Source of the DNA: Squalus acanthias
Taxonomy: Eukaryota
Length of the DNA: 64,000 bases
Direction of reading: 5' to 3'
Assembly: GCA_030390025.1 (NCBI GenBank)
Contig: CM059432.1
Span: 92,382,001-92,446,000 of the forward strand
Shown here: positions 13,268 to 25,167 of the stretch, piece by piece
Numbering within the stretch: position 1 is the first letter of the stretch
Layout: the number at the start of each line of letters is the position of its first letter
Made by a program: the position numbers and the translations under genes
The notes under the pieces: model-generated
What the model was told of the DNA's origin: nothing
Databases searched by the model: none
What the model saw: only the letters and a program-made list of their open reading frames with translations

Positions 13268-13860
13268 CATAGAATGATACAGCACAGGAGGCAATTCAGC
13301 CCATTGTGCCTGTGCCGGCTCTTTGAAAGAGCTATCCAATTAATCCCACTCCCCTGCTCTTTCCCCATAGCCCTGCAAATTTTATCCAATTCCCTTTTGA
13401 TCTGCTTACACCACCCTTTCAGACAGTGCATTCCAGATCACAACAACTCACTGCATAAATAAATTTCTCATCATCTCGCCTCTGGTTCCTTTGCCAATTA
13501 CCTTAAATCTGTGTCCTCCGGTTACTGATACTTCTGCCATTGGAAACAGTTTCTCCTTATTTACTCTATCAAAACCCTTCATGATTTTGAACACCTCCAT
13601 CAAATCTCCCTTTAACCTTCGCTGCTCTAAGGAGAACAACCCCAGCTTCTCCAGTCTCTCCACATAACTGAAGTCCCGCATCCCTCTACCATTCCAGTAA
13701 ATCTCCTCTGCAACCTCTCGAAGGCGTTGGCCTCTTTCCTACAGTGTGGTGCCTAGAATTGGCCACAATACTCCAGCTGGGGCCGAACCAGTGTTTTATA
13801 AAGATTTAGCATAACTTCCTTGCTTTTGTACTCTATGCCTCTATTTATAAAGCCAAGGAC
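13268..13860 (-). mobile_element. CR1 LINE 3' fragment
   Basis: ORF 13448..13681 (SYVERLEKLGLFSLEQRRLKGDL) and a catagaat-type tail. Confidence 0.92.
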
Positions 13861-14641
13861 TTGAGAAATAATGTTAATGCAGCTTTAATATATCCAGCTT
13901 CATCATTCCAAAAATGGTACTGTTTGATATCCAAGATTGACATTGCAAGTATATATGAGAATAGTTGTGTGTTTGAAAATATTATTTATAAACACTAAGA
14001 ACTATACAACAGCTACTGCCAACATTGTTCCATATATTATATACACTGACTATAATATTAACAAAGCATAATTCGCAAACCCACACAAATATTTTGTAGA
14101 ATATTACTAAGTACAGCACAGACAGCAGAGATATATTGTACACTGACGATAATGAACAGGACCTGGTTTGGTACATTAACAAAGTCTGTATTCAATTATA
14201 ATTGATGCTGTTTGTGTGACCTAGTAAGTGGCAGTCAATATAGTTTCAGAAGGGGCAGACTCTACCTGACCAACCTCTTTGACTTTTTTGAGGAAGAGAC
14301 ATTCCAATTAATGCTGTGGTGCCCTATCATGTAACGGACCTGGATTAGCAGGAAACCTTCAATAAAGTCTTGCATGAAAGTTTTCTACACAAGCTTAAAA
14401 CAGTGGGCTATAATTTTGACAGATATAAGCCTGGAACCTGGCAAGCTTGGCACCACAAGGGCACAAATAAGTGCTCCCCTTAAAAAGGGGCATGCCACTG
14501 GTATTTCAGGGAAGGGTTGGGCTACACAAACTGATTTTTTAAAAACCAAAAATTAAGCAAATTGAATTAAAATCTCATAGTTGAATAAAATAGTAACAGA
14601 AGCTGGTCATGAAAGGTATCCAACAATCCAGTAGATACCAT

Positions 14642-15434
14642 AGGGGGAATTTTAACCCCCAAAAATGGGAGGGTTGGGGATGGGTGGCAGGTTAAAGAGT
14701 TAAAAATCTGAATCCCAACCCCAACCCGCCCACTTCCGGTTTTAACAGGGGCAGGCAGCCAACCCACTACCAGGAGGCGGGTTAGTACTTTAAATATTAT
14801 AATGAGGTTCCATGCGTCATGGTGAACCACCATTTTAAATTTAACTGTGGGCAGGTTTCCCAGGCCTCAGGGACCCCGCCAGCTAAAGGAAGGCAAGGAC
14901 TGCTGGATCCAGGAGGTAAGTGATCCAGCGTTCCTGCCCACCAGTGCCCCCGTTATCAGACACCTGACCCTTCCGATCTCCCGCCCCCTGACCTTCCCCC
15001 ACGCCCCCCCCCCCCCAAGGCCTTCAACCCCACCATGAGGCCTCCAATCTTCGGCCCGCCCCCCTGGCCTCTGATTCCCCCATCCGGCCTTCAGTACCTG
15101 GCCCTCGATCCCCCTCCGGCCTTCCGATCTCCCCCTTCCGGCCCCCGATCATTCTCCGGCCTTCCGACCTCCCCCCTCTGGCCCTCTATCATCTCCTGAC
15201 CACCCCCCCCCCCCGGCCCCCAATTCCCTCCCTCCCTCCTTTCTGTGGCCTGGTGCTGCAGGCCTACCACCTGACTGCCAGCCAACCTCTCCATCTGGCT
15301 GGCTGCAGGTGGGAAACAGTGATATTAAATGCTAATCAGGCCCTGCCGTTAAATTCAGCAGGGCCTCTGGGAAACCTGTTCTCCTGGGTTTCCCGACTGC
15401 TTTCCAGCTCCCCCATCAAATTAAAATTCCGGCC
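14642..15434. mobile_element. GC-rich Harbinger-like non-autonomous element with internal C-rich minisatellite
   Basis: AGGGGGAATTTTAAC and ATTAAAATTCCGGCC termini, CAT/AAT flanks, collinear with 56012-57115. Confidence 0.85.
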
Positions 15435-15599
15435 AATATATTAATTTTCAAGGGATACCTGGGCGCAAACTTTGGGGTAAATTTTCATCTTCTCTGCATG
15501 GGCAGTAATCTGACGTAGCAGATCGCCCACTCATGATAGAACCTGTCAATCTTCACTCCATTGATTTAAATAGAATGAAAATCGGGCAAGCAATTTACG

Positions 15600-17345
15600 G
15601 CCCCCACCCGGCCCAGAGGTCCCAAGCATTAACCGTCCATGACCGCGTTGTGTGGCTTCAATCCAAGCATCAGAGAGTTCCACTGGTTCATTACTGATCT
15701 GATATAGCCCAGGTTATCTGAGGACGCCCCCATGGTGATCTCCATTCTGGAGCAGGTTGGTATCCCTTCCTGACATTCATTCCGATCTTCAGTGCCCGGT
15801 TTACGAGAACGTTGCCTCTGAGACGGGCGAAGTGACCAAAGAGCGCCCGGCGACACAGGTGAATGACGATTTCAATCTGCTCAAGTCCGGTTCTTGTCTG
15901 TGTTGTGGACAAAGTCGAACTATCTAATTCCCAGCAGTCACTGCTAACAGCTCATATGAAGTGCTTCCATTCTCTTGACTTCTTGCTTAAGCAACGTCCA
16001 TGTTTCACATTCATACAAAAGTATTGGAAGGATGCAGGTCTGATAGATCTGTGCATTTGTAGGGATTTTCATCTTTTGACTCCAGACCCTGATCCAATCA
16101 ATTGCACAACAGAATGGGGTTGGAGCCAGGACACATAGCTGCCTTACTCTAGATCTGATGTAGAACCAATCAGACTTGTGGTTCCCCAGTCGGACTCGTA
16201 CTCTTGGGTCAATATGTAGATCTTGAATTAGTCTCAGAAGGATGTCGGGCACGCTGATGCCTTGTGAAGCTTTCCATAGGGTATTTCCGTCGACAGCATC
16301 AAAGCTGCCTTGAAGTCTACACATGTGACTGCCAGAAGGCAGTTCAATTTGTGATGAAGCTCAGACAATAGGTGGAGAGCAACTATGGCAATCCAGTGTA
16401 GATTGCCCATCGGTGAAACCCAATTGCTCAGGTGTTTTGTTAAGAGTGGCTGAAGCCGAGCAAGTAGGACGTATGAATAGACTTTTTCAAGAACAGAAAG
16501 GAGAGTCATTGGTCTATAACTGCCACACTCAGTGCATGGCCCTTCCTTTATAGAGCCAGATAATGATCCTTTCCTTCCACTCCGCTGGCATCTTCCCAGA
16601 AGACCAAACCCGAACTAAGAGTTGATGTTGTGTCAACTCTGTTAACTGCTGATAGAATTTGTCTTTATTGGTGTCTGTGGCTTCCTCAATGGGTGTGCAA
16701 ACCATAATAATCGGTATCTGCATGTGGCAGAAATAGGATGCCACATTGTAAGTGATTTATGTGGTCGAAGAATTAGTGTTACTCCATTCGTGTTGCTGGT
16801 TCCTCCAGAATACAGCAGACTCGTAACCTCCACGAGATGATGCCCTTTATTTGCGAGTCTCACTTCAGTTATTCCAGCAACTGCAATGTTGAATTGTTTA
16901 ATTTGTGTACTAACAATACCAGGTACCCGACCCAGTTAAGGGGTGGAACAGTTGGAGGAAACCTGCCCGGCAATTCTTCACATGCTGGACCTGCAGATGG
17001 CAGATTTGACCAGGCCCAGGATCAGACCCACCAGGAAAACCTCTGACCGGCTCATCTGCACACCAATGAACAAAAACAAACCAGATAGGGGAAAAGGTTT
17101 AAAATCAATTCCCACAAATAATAGAAGAATGCAGCCATCTGCACTGTATGCATATATGAAACAAACCCATTAGTGTGACAGAAGAGGCAATCAGGAGAGG
17201 AGTCCATGAAACAACTCCGTAGTCTGTTACATCTCAAGTCCCAATAGTTCTGGTAAAAAGGCTCAAGAACAGACCCATCCACTGGGGACACTTGCCCTTC
17301 TGAAGGTGTTAGCACCTCCCGCCAGGAGGTGTCTTGACTGGAGAC
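15600..17345 (-). mobile_element. RTE-clade LINE remnant (APE endonuclease and RT), internally deleted and frameshifted
   Basis: Minus-strand fragments LLYSGG..NGV, WSSGKMPAEWKERIIIWLYKG, TLLSV.EKVY, VDFKAA/FDAVD, VRQ.CVLAP, ILLYECETWTL and LFGHFARL occur in the correct order. Confidence 0.8.
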
Positions 17346-17379
17346 AGAAATGAGGACATTTTTTTTTTCTCCTCTCGGA

Positions 17380-17840
17380 GAAGTCAGAGGTGGACAATGA
17401 ATTGGCTGAAAGAAATGGAGCAGTTGGTACTAGTAAAGTGAGTGACAGTGGGCTGGGGAGTGTACTAAGTGGAGTTCCCCAATAATCAGTGCTGGGTCCC
17501 CTACTACTAATCTATGTAAACAACCTGGATCCAGAAGCACATGCAAGTTGGTCAAATTCACAGATGACATTAAATTAGGGAGCAGTTGAATCTGATGAAG
17601 CAGCCAAGAAACTGCAGAAGGACCTGGATTAATTTAATATCGATTAAATGCAAGGTCACATGTCAAAGAAAAAAAACAACATAATGAACGATGTCAAACT
17701 AGCGAGTCAGTTGACTGAACGAGATGTGGCAATGATAGCAGTCACTCGACACTGACCATGTTCTGATACTGCAGAGCTGCAATCAACAAGCAAACACTGA
17801 GTTATACTGAGTTAGATTGTTAAATCAGTGCAGCATAACT
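17380..17840 (+). mobile_element. Old CR1 fragment, probably continuing the remnant at 14250-14640
   Basis: agtggagttcccca..tcagtgctggg (SGVPQ.SVLG), caaattcacagatgac (KF.DD) and aaatgcaaggtc. Confidence 0.65.
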
Positions 17841-17951
17841 CTGAGGCTAATTTACTTCTTCAGTGGGAATAAAAATCAGGAGAAATGTAAAACGGGCTGT
17901 TGATTCACTATCACCCATTTTACAGTATCGCACAGAGTTAAAATCTACCCC

Positions 17952-19664
17952 TTTTTTTTATATTCGTTCATGGGATGTGGGCATCGCTGGCAAGGCCAGC
18001 ATTTATTGCCATCCCTAATTGCCCTTGAGAAGGCGGTGGTGAGCCAATTTCTTGAATCGCTGCAGTCAGTGTAGTGAAGGTACTCCCACAGTGCTGTTAG
18101 GGAAGGAATTCCAGATTTTGACTATGAAGGAATGGCGATATACTTCCAAGTCAGGATGGTGTGTGACTTGGAGGGGAACTTGGAGGTGGTGTTCCCATGT
18201 GCCTGCTGCCCTTGTTCTTCTAGGTGGAAGAGGTCGCGGGTTTGGGAGGTGCTGCCGAAGAAGCCTTGACGAGTTGCTGCAATGCATCTTGTAGATGGTA
18301 CTCACTGCTGCCATGGTACGCCGGTGGTGGAGGGAGTGAATGTTTAAGGATGGGGTGCCAATCAAGCAGGCTGCTTTGTCCTGGATGGTGTCGAGCTTCT
18401 TGAGTGTTGTTGGAGTTGCACTCATCTAGGCAAGTGGAGAGTATTTCATCACACTCCTTACTTGTGCCTTGTAAATGGTGGAAAGTCAGGAGGTGAGACA
18501 CTCGCCGCAGAATATCTGACCTGCTCTTGTTGCCACAGTATTTATGTGGCTGGTCCAGTTAAGTTTCTGGCCAATGGTGACTCCCAGAATGTTGATGGTG
18601 GGGGATTCAGCAATGGTAATGCCGTTGAATGTCAAGGGGCGGTGGTTAGATTCTCGCTTGTTGGAGATAGTCATTGCCTGGCACTTGTGTGGCGCGAATG
18701 TTACCTGCCACTTATCAGCCCAAGCCTGAACTTTGTCCAGGTCTTGTTACATGCGGGCATGGACTGCTTCATTATCTGAGGAGTTGTGAATGGCGCTGAA
18801 CACTGTGCAGTCATCAGCGAACATCCCCATTTCTGACCTTATGTTGGAGGGAAGGTCATTAATGAAGCAGCTGAAGATGGTTGGGCCTAGGACACTGCCC
18901 TGAGGAACTCCTGCAGCGATGTCCTGGGGCTGTGATGATTGACCTTCAATCACCACAACCATCTTCCTTTGTGCTAGGTATGACTCCCACCAGTGGAGCG
19001 TTTTCCCCCCGATTCCCATTGACTTCAGTTTTACTAGGGCTCCTTGATGCCACACCCGGTCAAATACTGCCTTGATGTCAAGGGCAGTCACTCTCACCTC
19101 ACCTCTGGAATTCAGCTCCTTTGTCCATGTTTGGACCAAGGCTGTAATGAGGTCAGGAGCTGAGTGGTCTTGGCGGAACCCAAACTGGGCATCAGTGAGC
19201 AGATTATTGGTGAGTAAGTGCCACTTGATAGCACTGTCGATGACACCTTCCATCACTTTGCTGATGATTGAGAGTAGACTGATGGGGCAGTAATTGGCTG
19301 GATTGGATTTGTCCTGCTTTTTGTGGACAGGACATACTTGGGCAGTTTTCCACATTGTCGGATAGATGCCAGTGTTGTAGCTGTACTAGAACAGCTTGGC
19401 TAGAGGTGCGGCTAGTTCTGGAACACAAGTCTTCAGCACGATAGCCAGGATGTTGTCGGGGCCCATAGCCTTTGCTGTATCCAGTGTGCTCAGCCGTTTC
19501 TTGATATCATGTGGAGTGAATCGAATTGGCAGAAGACTGGATTCTGTGATGGTGGGGACCTCAGGAGTAGGCCGATATGGATCATCCACTCGGCACTTCT
19601 GACTGAAGATGGTTGCAAGCGCTTCAGCCTTGTCTTTTGCACTGAAGTGCTGGGCTCCACCATT
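17952..19664 (-). mobile_element. CR1/L2-group non-LTR retrotransposon (lineage distinct from the main CR1), 3' 1.7 kb
   Basis: ORF 18747..19355 carries RT motifs (NYCPISLLS, QFGFR, LDIKAVFDRVWH, GVPQGSVLGP, FADD). The tail caaggccagcatttattgcc(c)atccctaattgccc is shared with 24858 and 49341. Confidence 0.9.
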
Positions 19665-20041
19665 CAACCAAGCTTCTATTCATCCCTATTAACTCTCCCT
19701 TCCTGGATCAACATCCATTCCTTTTTACATTTCGCTCTCTAAGTTGATGTACAATAATTGTAGCTTTTCTATAATAAAGGTGCTATATAAATATGAGTTG
19801 TTGTTGATCTAAGTTGAATACAAACCATTAATCCGGAGCACTGAATGAAGTTAGAAGTGAAACTGGTATTGCGCAAATGGGCGATAGCCAATTGACAGTC
19901 CATTTAATCCCTGCCTGATTTTCTTCTCCATTGAAGCTGCTGATTCTCCATTGCCCGTTTTGCAGTTTAGCCAAGGCCAATTTCACCCCCAGTGCCATTA
20001 AAGTTATGAACGGAGTTTGATAGGGTGGAAGTGGAGAAACA

Positions 20042-20210
20042 GGGGTATAAATTCCTTGGATAATAGCAAATTGGCAGCACATTTTGCACTCTAATTGATT
20101 GTCATTTCCATTGACTTTTAATAGAAAAGAAAATTGGGGGCAGTGCAAAAACGGGCTGTTGATTCACTATTGCCCGTTTTGCACTACTGCCCAAGGCAAA
20201 ATAATACCCC
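20042..20210. mobile_element. Hairpin MITE, adjacent to a second decayed copy at about 19865-19989
   Basis: GGGGTAT and ATACCCC ends, ccttgg/ccaagg and ttttgcac/gtgcaaaa inverted arms, central ccattgactt. Confidence 0.7.
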
Positions 20211-20914
20211 AGAGGTTCCACTTGTGGGTGAGTCCAGAACAAAGGAGCTTAAATATAAGATAGCCACTAACTGATCAAATGAAGAGTTTAGGAGGGATTT
20301 CTTTACACAGAAAGTGGTGCGATTGTGGAGCTTGCTGCCACATGGAGTGGTTCAAGCAGAGAGCATTGATGTATTTAAGGGGAGGCTGGATGCATACGTG
20401 AAGGAGAAGGGAATAGAGGGATAGAGTGCTATAATGGGAAGAGCTAATGGGAGGGCGTGGACCAGTTGGGGAGAATGACCTGTTACTGTGCTGTAGATTT
20501 TATGCAAGTTAAATCACACCTGAAAGACAAGGGGACATGGGTCCAAACTGGTAAAAAGCTAGATCAGGACTGAAGTCAGGAAGCAGCACTTCATATAAAG
20601 AGTGATTAACATCTGGAATGTTCCTTCAGGTACGGTATTGAAAGCAAAAAACTAAAATCTCTCTGAAAGCAGTTGGATGCTGCGATAGTTAGACAATAGG
20701 GGGCCAATTTTTGTCTTCCTAGTACTGTATTCCAATTTGAAACAGCAGAGAACAGAAAATCCAGCAGAAATCAGTTCCACCAGATTCCTGCTAGTTTAAG
20801 GCCCAGCTTTATCTTAGTCAGTCCTGGGTCAGGATTCTGAAGTTCTCACCCAAATCACGGTATACAGGAAAGGGCTCCATTTCATTTCCTGGCGCATGGC
20901 CTTCTGGACACAGA

Positions 20915-22618
20915 GGGCTGAATTTTCATTGACCTGTGGAGGTGGGTTTGGAGTCGTGTGGGGGGTTAAAATTGCGAAAACTGGCGGGCGGGCACAAGCC
21001 CGCCTCCATCCCGCCTCCACGCAATTTTCATTAAATCGTGTCTGCTGGTCCCGACTCCGTCCCGCCTCCAAGAGGCGGGATAGGCTGTTAAGGCCCTTAA
21101 CAAGCACTAAATTGCCTCTATAATGCCATTTTGAAAGGCCTTTGTGATTTTAATCCTTTTTCTACATGAAGCGCGCCTGTTCTGAACCACGAATGTGAAA
21201 CCTGGCGGGAGCACATTTGGATAGCTGACTATCAGCTGCAGGTCCACTATTACAACAGAGATGTTGTAGTAGTAGGAGGAGGAGGAGACATATCTGGGAG
21301 TGGTGGTGCAAAAATATCTGGGAGCAGACTTAGGGCTGCTGCTGCTCATTTTGCATCCAGGTCCTCTCACAGCAAAGACCAGGCAGTCTTTGCAGAACTT
21401 CAATGCAGCAGCAATGATGACATCATCAGAGGTGACTTTCAGACTGAAAACACTAATTGGTTCATGGGTTCCCACATGCTGGAACTCAATTGCCCAATTA
21501 GGTGAAAATCGCATCAATCTCCCACATCCAATTGCAGTCGGGTGGATAACACGAAAAGTGGATGACACAACCCCAGCCTGCCCCAGTATCAAAATCCAGC
21601 CCAGAGTCTCCAGGATGCCTATTGAAATCTGGTGGGAACAAGCAGATCAGGCAGATCATTAAAAGGCCCGCTGACTTTTATGGTAAGTGCATTAGGCCTT
21701 TTAAAGGCCTTTCTTGCAGTTTTATTTGTTTCCCCCGCCCCACAATTGGCACGTAGGCTTTCATGCTCTTTTACACAGAGCTCCCTTTATTGGCATAGGA
21801 GGGTGACTGTGGTAACTGCCTTCTCAGGGTCTGAATTACCAGATGGGAAGATGCCAATTTGTGCCATTTGTTGCAAAGACATCTGCCGCTAAGATGCAAC
21901 ATGCAGCTTGCACAGGTGCAGGAACAGTAGTGGTTAACAGTGGCCTGAAACTTGGATGCACCTTCTTATAGGCATGCTGTAGTGCTGACCTATGGGATGG
22001 TGGTGTAGAGTAACATGGAGGAAAACCTTCCTCACAAGCATCTCATGCAGCACCACCCTGACTTCAGCAGCCATCAGAGGTGGTCAAGTGCTTGGCTGCA
22101 CTTATACTTGTCTGTAGATTTATGACAGCACCAATGGGTCCCTTTTCCAGGCCTGCCCTTCAGCCTTTGCATTGGATGCTGTTAGGTTGACCGGTCTCTT
22201 AATGCTCTCCAGAAGCTTTCTAAATATTTGTCCCCCTCCTTGTAACACTCCCCTTGAATTGTCACCATCCTTTTAAATTTGAATTGCACACAATTTTCCT
22301 ACCCTACCAGTGGTATTATCCCTAGGCCCACCTGAGTTGTGAATAATTTTGTAAATGAGCTGAGACTAGAAAATCGATTGCTATTCGTACTTGAGATGCA
22401 GGTGAGTCAGGTGAGTGTTTTTGGACACTAAAGGAATCAAGGGATATGGAGATCGGGCGGGAAAGTAGAGTTGAGGTCGATGATCAGCCATGATCTTATT
22501 GAATGGTGGAGCAGGCTCGAGGGGCCGTATGGCCTACTCCTGCTCTTATTTCTTATGCTCTTAAAGCAGTGCATTCCAAATTAGAACTGACTTACACCTG
22601 AAGCTGAAAATTTCCCCC
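20915..22618 (+). mobile_element. Deleted Harbinger transposon with fossil transposase N-terminus and a CR1 tail inserted at about 22405-22562
   Basis: GGGCTGAATTTTCA and TGAAAATTTCCCCC termini. From 21817 it reads CLLRV*ITRWEDANLCHLLQRHL...LTVA*NLDAPS, resembling the Harbinger/HARBI1 C.RRLR..R....LC.LL...L and VTVALNFYASGS motifs. Confidence 0.6.
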
Positions 22619-24857
22619 AGGTCTCTACAACAGATTGTCCTTAAAAGTTAAATAGCCTCTCTCATCTACACTTGTGATTTTTGTAATAAGAGGTTGAATA
22701 GGACTGATCCTTCACTTCTCACACAATGAGAGCAATTTTTGCATTTTGTAAATGGAGACACAATATCAATGTTGAAACAATTAGGATAGACTAATGTTAC
22801 ATTAAGCCTATGTGTCCTCCACTTCATTCTTCACCTTAAGAGCCAATACCCATTTGCCTCACAGATCTTCCTTCTGATACAATTCATCATTCTCATTTTT
22901 ATACAAATTTGCAATTTTTCATCCTTACATTGTGTATATATTATCTTCAAAGTTAACCTTTAAAGTTCATGCAACAGATGTGGAGACTGGTTTTGCGAGT
23001 TATTTTAGTTAGACTCAAACATGTGGATTAACAAATACATTGTTAACTAACACAAAGGTATTCTACCTCCCAGAGAATGCAGCTCCATGCTTCACTACAA
23101 ACTTCCTGCTGTCTATAGAAGGCAGCCTCTACTCTCTCAGCCCCGCAACATGTATTAGAATAGCCCTATAACAGGGTATCCCTATATCATCTGTCTTTAT
23201 CGGAAAGAGTATTTAAACAAGCACATTCATTTTCTAGTTTAAGTTGTGAGCTTTACATAATCTTTCCAAAATTCACTACACTTTTAAATAAGGGTAAACT
23301 TTATGCTATTCTTGCATGCTGATGAGATGCACACGTAAGTCCACATACTATGTCATTCTGTGCTTGGTAATTACCAGTTTCATAAGACTGGTCTTCTAGG
23401 TGGTACAGAGAGTCCTGCAGAGCATCTCAATACCTCCAGAACAGATTGTCAGGAACGGAAAACAGCCTCTCTGAACTGTTAGGAATGTTGGGTGACACCT
23501 CACCTGCAGTGGGAATTGAACCATGTTGTGTTTAAACATAAAACAAATTTGAATATCAGGAATTTGTGAAGTCAAAGGATAGACATACAAACATCATGAA
23601 TGACAAAATACACATCTCTAAAAACTGCACGTTATAACAGCATTGACTTTGAGAAGAAAACCTTAAGATAGCCTAGTATGGACAGTGAAAATTAACCAGG
23701 GGGAGGTAAAAAAAAAGGGAAACAAATTGCAAGCATAAAGTATTTTTCAACCCGCTACTATGCATTTAAATAACTTTAGGGGCATGTACAATGCTGTGAT
23801 AAACCTACTGAAGAACTAATGGAACCTAATTCCTTTAAAGGTGGCAGATATTTCAGTGCAGTACTACATGGTGAAGCTAGATTATTAGATGTAGAATGGA
23901 GCCTCTCCAATTGGAGAGAAAAATGTCCATAGAACACATTAGGCTACAGAGAGGAGAATGGCAACTTTCCTAATGTGTGCAAGGATCCCCAATTATCTAG
24001 GAAAGCAGATCCTTGCACATATTTCTGATTGGCGTTGGTGTCATGCATGTAAATCTGGGGAAAACATACACACAAACACACACAGTTAGTTATTAGCTGT
24101 TAATTTTAGGTTATAAAAAAATCAATATTCATATATTATACAAAGCTTTGTAGTATTAACTTTCTAATGGAATACCACCAGAATCTCTGAAAACTCTAGG
24201 ACATTTGCAGTAATGAAAAGATAGCAAGGTTATTCCTCTACAAAATGAAATTGTATAAAGATAAACATTTCGTATTGCACTGCTTTCTAAGGAAGAATTT
24301 GGTTTGAATGTTTCCGAAATTAATTTGAGTAAAATATTTACTGACACATACAGAATATTATAGGATCTGTGATGGCAGGGGGAGGAAGATCAGGATATCT
24401 AGCAAAAGTGGCATCTTTTTCCAGGAGATGTACTCCTACAATATTTCTTTATTTTAATGAAGCTCCCACCTGTTCCAGGAGGGTGTACCCTCCACCTGCC
24501 CCCAGCCTCCAAGATCTAGCGTTACGGGTCTTCATCCCTTTTTTCCATTCCGTAATGCCTTCTGAACTGGCACATACAGATCTTTAAGGACTGGAAAATC
24601 GGACCCACAACCTTTGGTATCATGAGTCATCTGTATCTGCATTTAAACAGAGTGGTGATGAGGGTGAGGCAGTGTCGGAGCATATTGCAGTACCAGTGCA
24701 TGTCAGCATGATGTGCTGTTGCCATGGAGAGGCGGCAGTGGGAGGCCAGATGTTTCCCCACAATTGAAGAAGGGAAGTTGGAAGAAGAGTTGTCGCTAGG
24801 TTGCTGTCACACAGTTCCTCGAGATTGTGCTTCACCTTGTTTACACATTTTGCATTC

Positions 24858-24946
24858 CTTTTTTTTTATTCATTCCTGGGATGTGGACGTCACCGGCAAG
24901 GCCAGCATTTATTGCCCATCCCTAATTGCCCTCGAGAAGGTGGTGG
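24858..24946 (-). mobile_element. Short 3' tip of the LINE family seen at 17952
   Basis: tttttttttattcattcctgggatgtgg...caaggccagcatttattgcccatccctaattgccctcgagaaggtggtgg. Confidence 0.85.
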
Positions 24947-25071
24947 TTTTAGTCTGTCCTTCCTCACTGGGTTCCATCTGTAGTTCCTGACAGCCATCTG
25001 TATAACATTGTGTAAGGAAACTGAAAACTAATCTTGCAAAAATATGACTTTATGCTTTTGTTTTATTTCAG

Positions 25072-25167
25072 CGTACAAGGAGAAAATGAAGGAGCTCTCT
25101 ATGCTCTCTCTCATATGTTCCTGCTTCTATTCTGAACCACATGCTGCCACATTCTATAACTATGATG
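25072..25167 (+). CDS. STMN2: Neural stathmin (STMN2/SCG10-like) coding exon 2: membrane-anchoring N-terminal domain (x)YKEKMKELSMLSLICSCFYSEPHAATFYNYD
   Basis: Acceptor ttttatttcAG (25070-71) and donor GTgagt (25168). The 96-nt phase 1-1 exon translates to the SCG10/SCLIP N-terminus with the palmitoylated CSC motif. It is absent from the ORF track because it is short. The symbol is provisional (STMN2 vs STMN3 vs another paralog). Confidence 0.95.

Noticed and set aside
19431..19452. RE1/NRSE-like half site (ttcagcac) upstream of a neural stathmin
   Set aside because: It lies within LINE coding sequence and lacks the GGACAG half.
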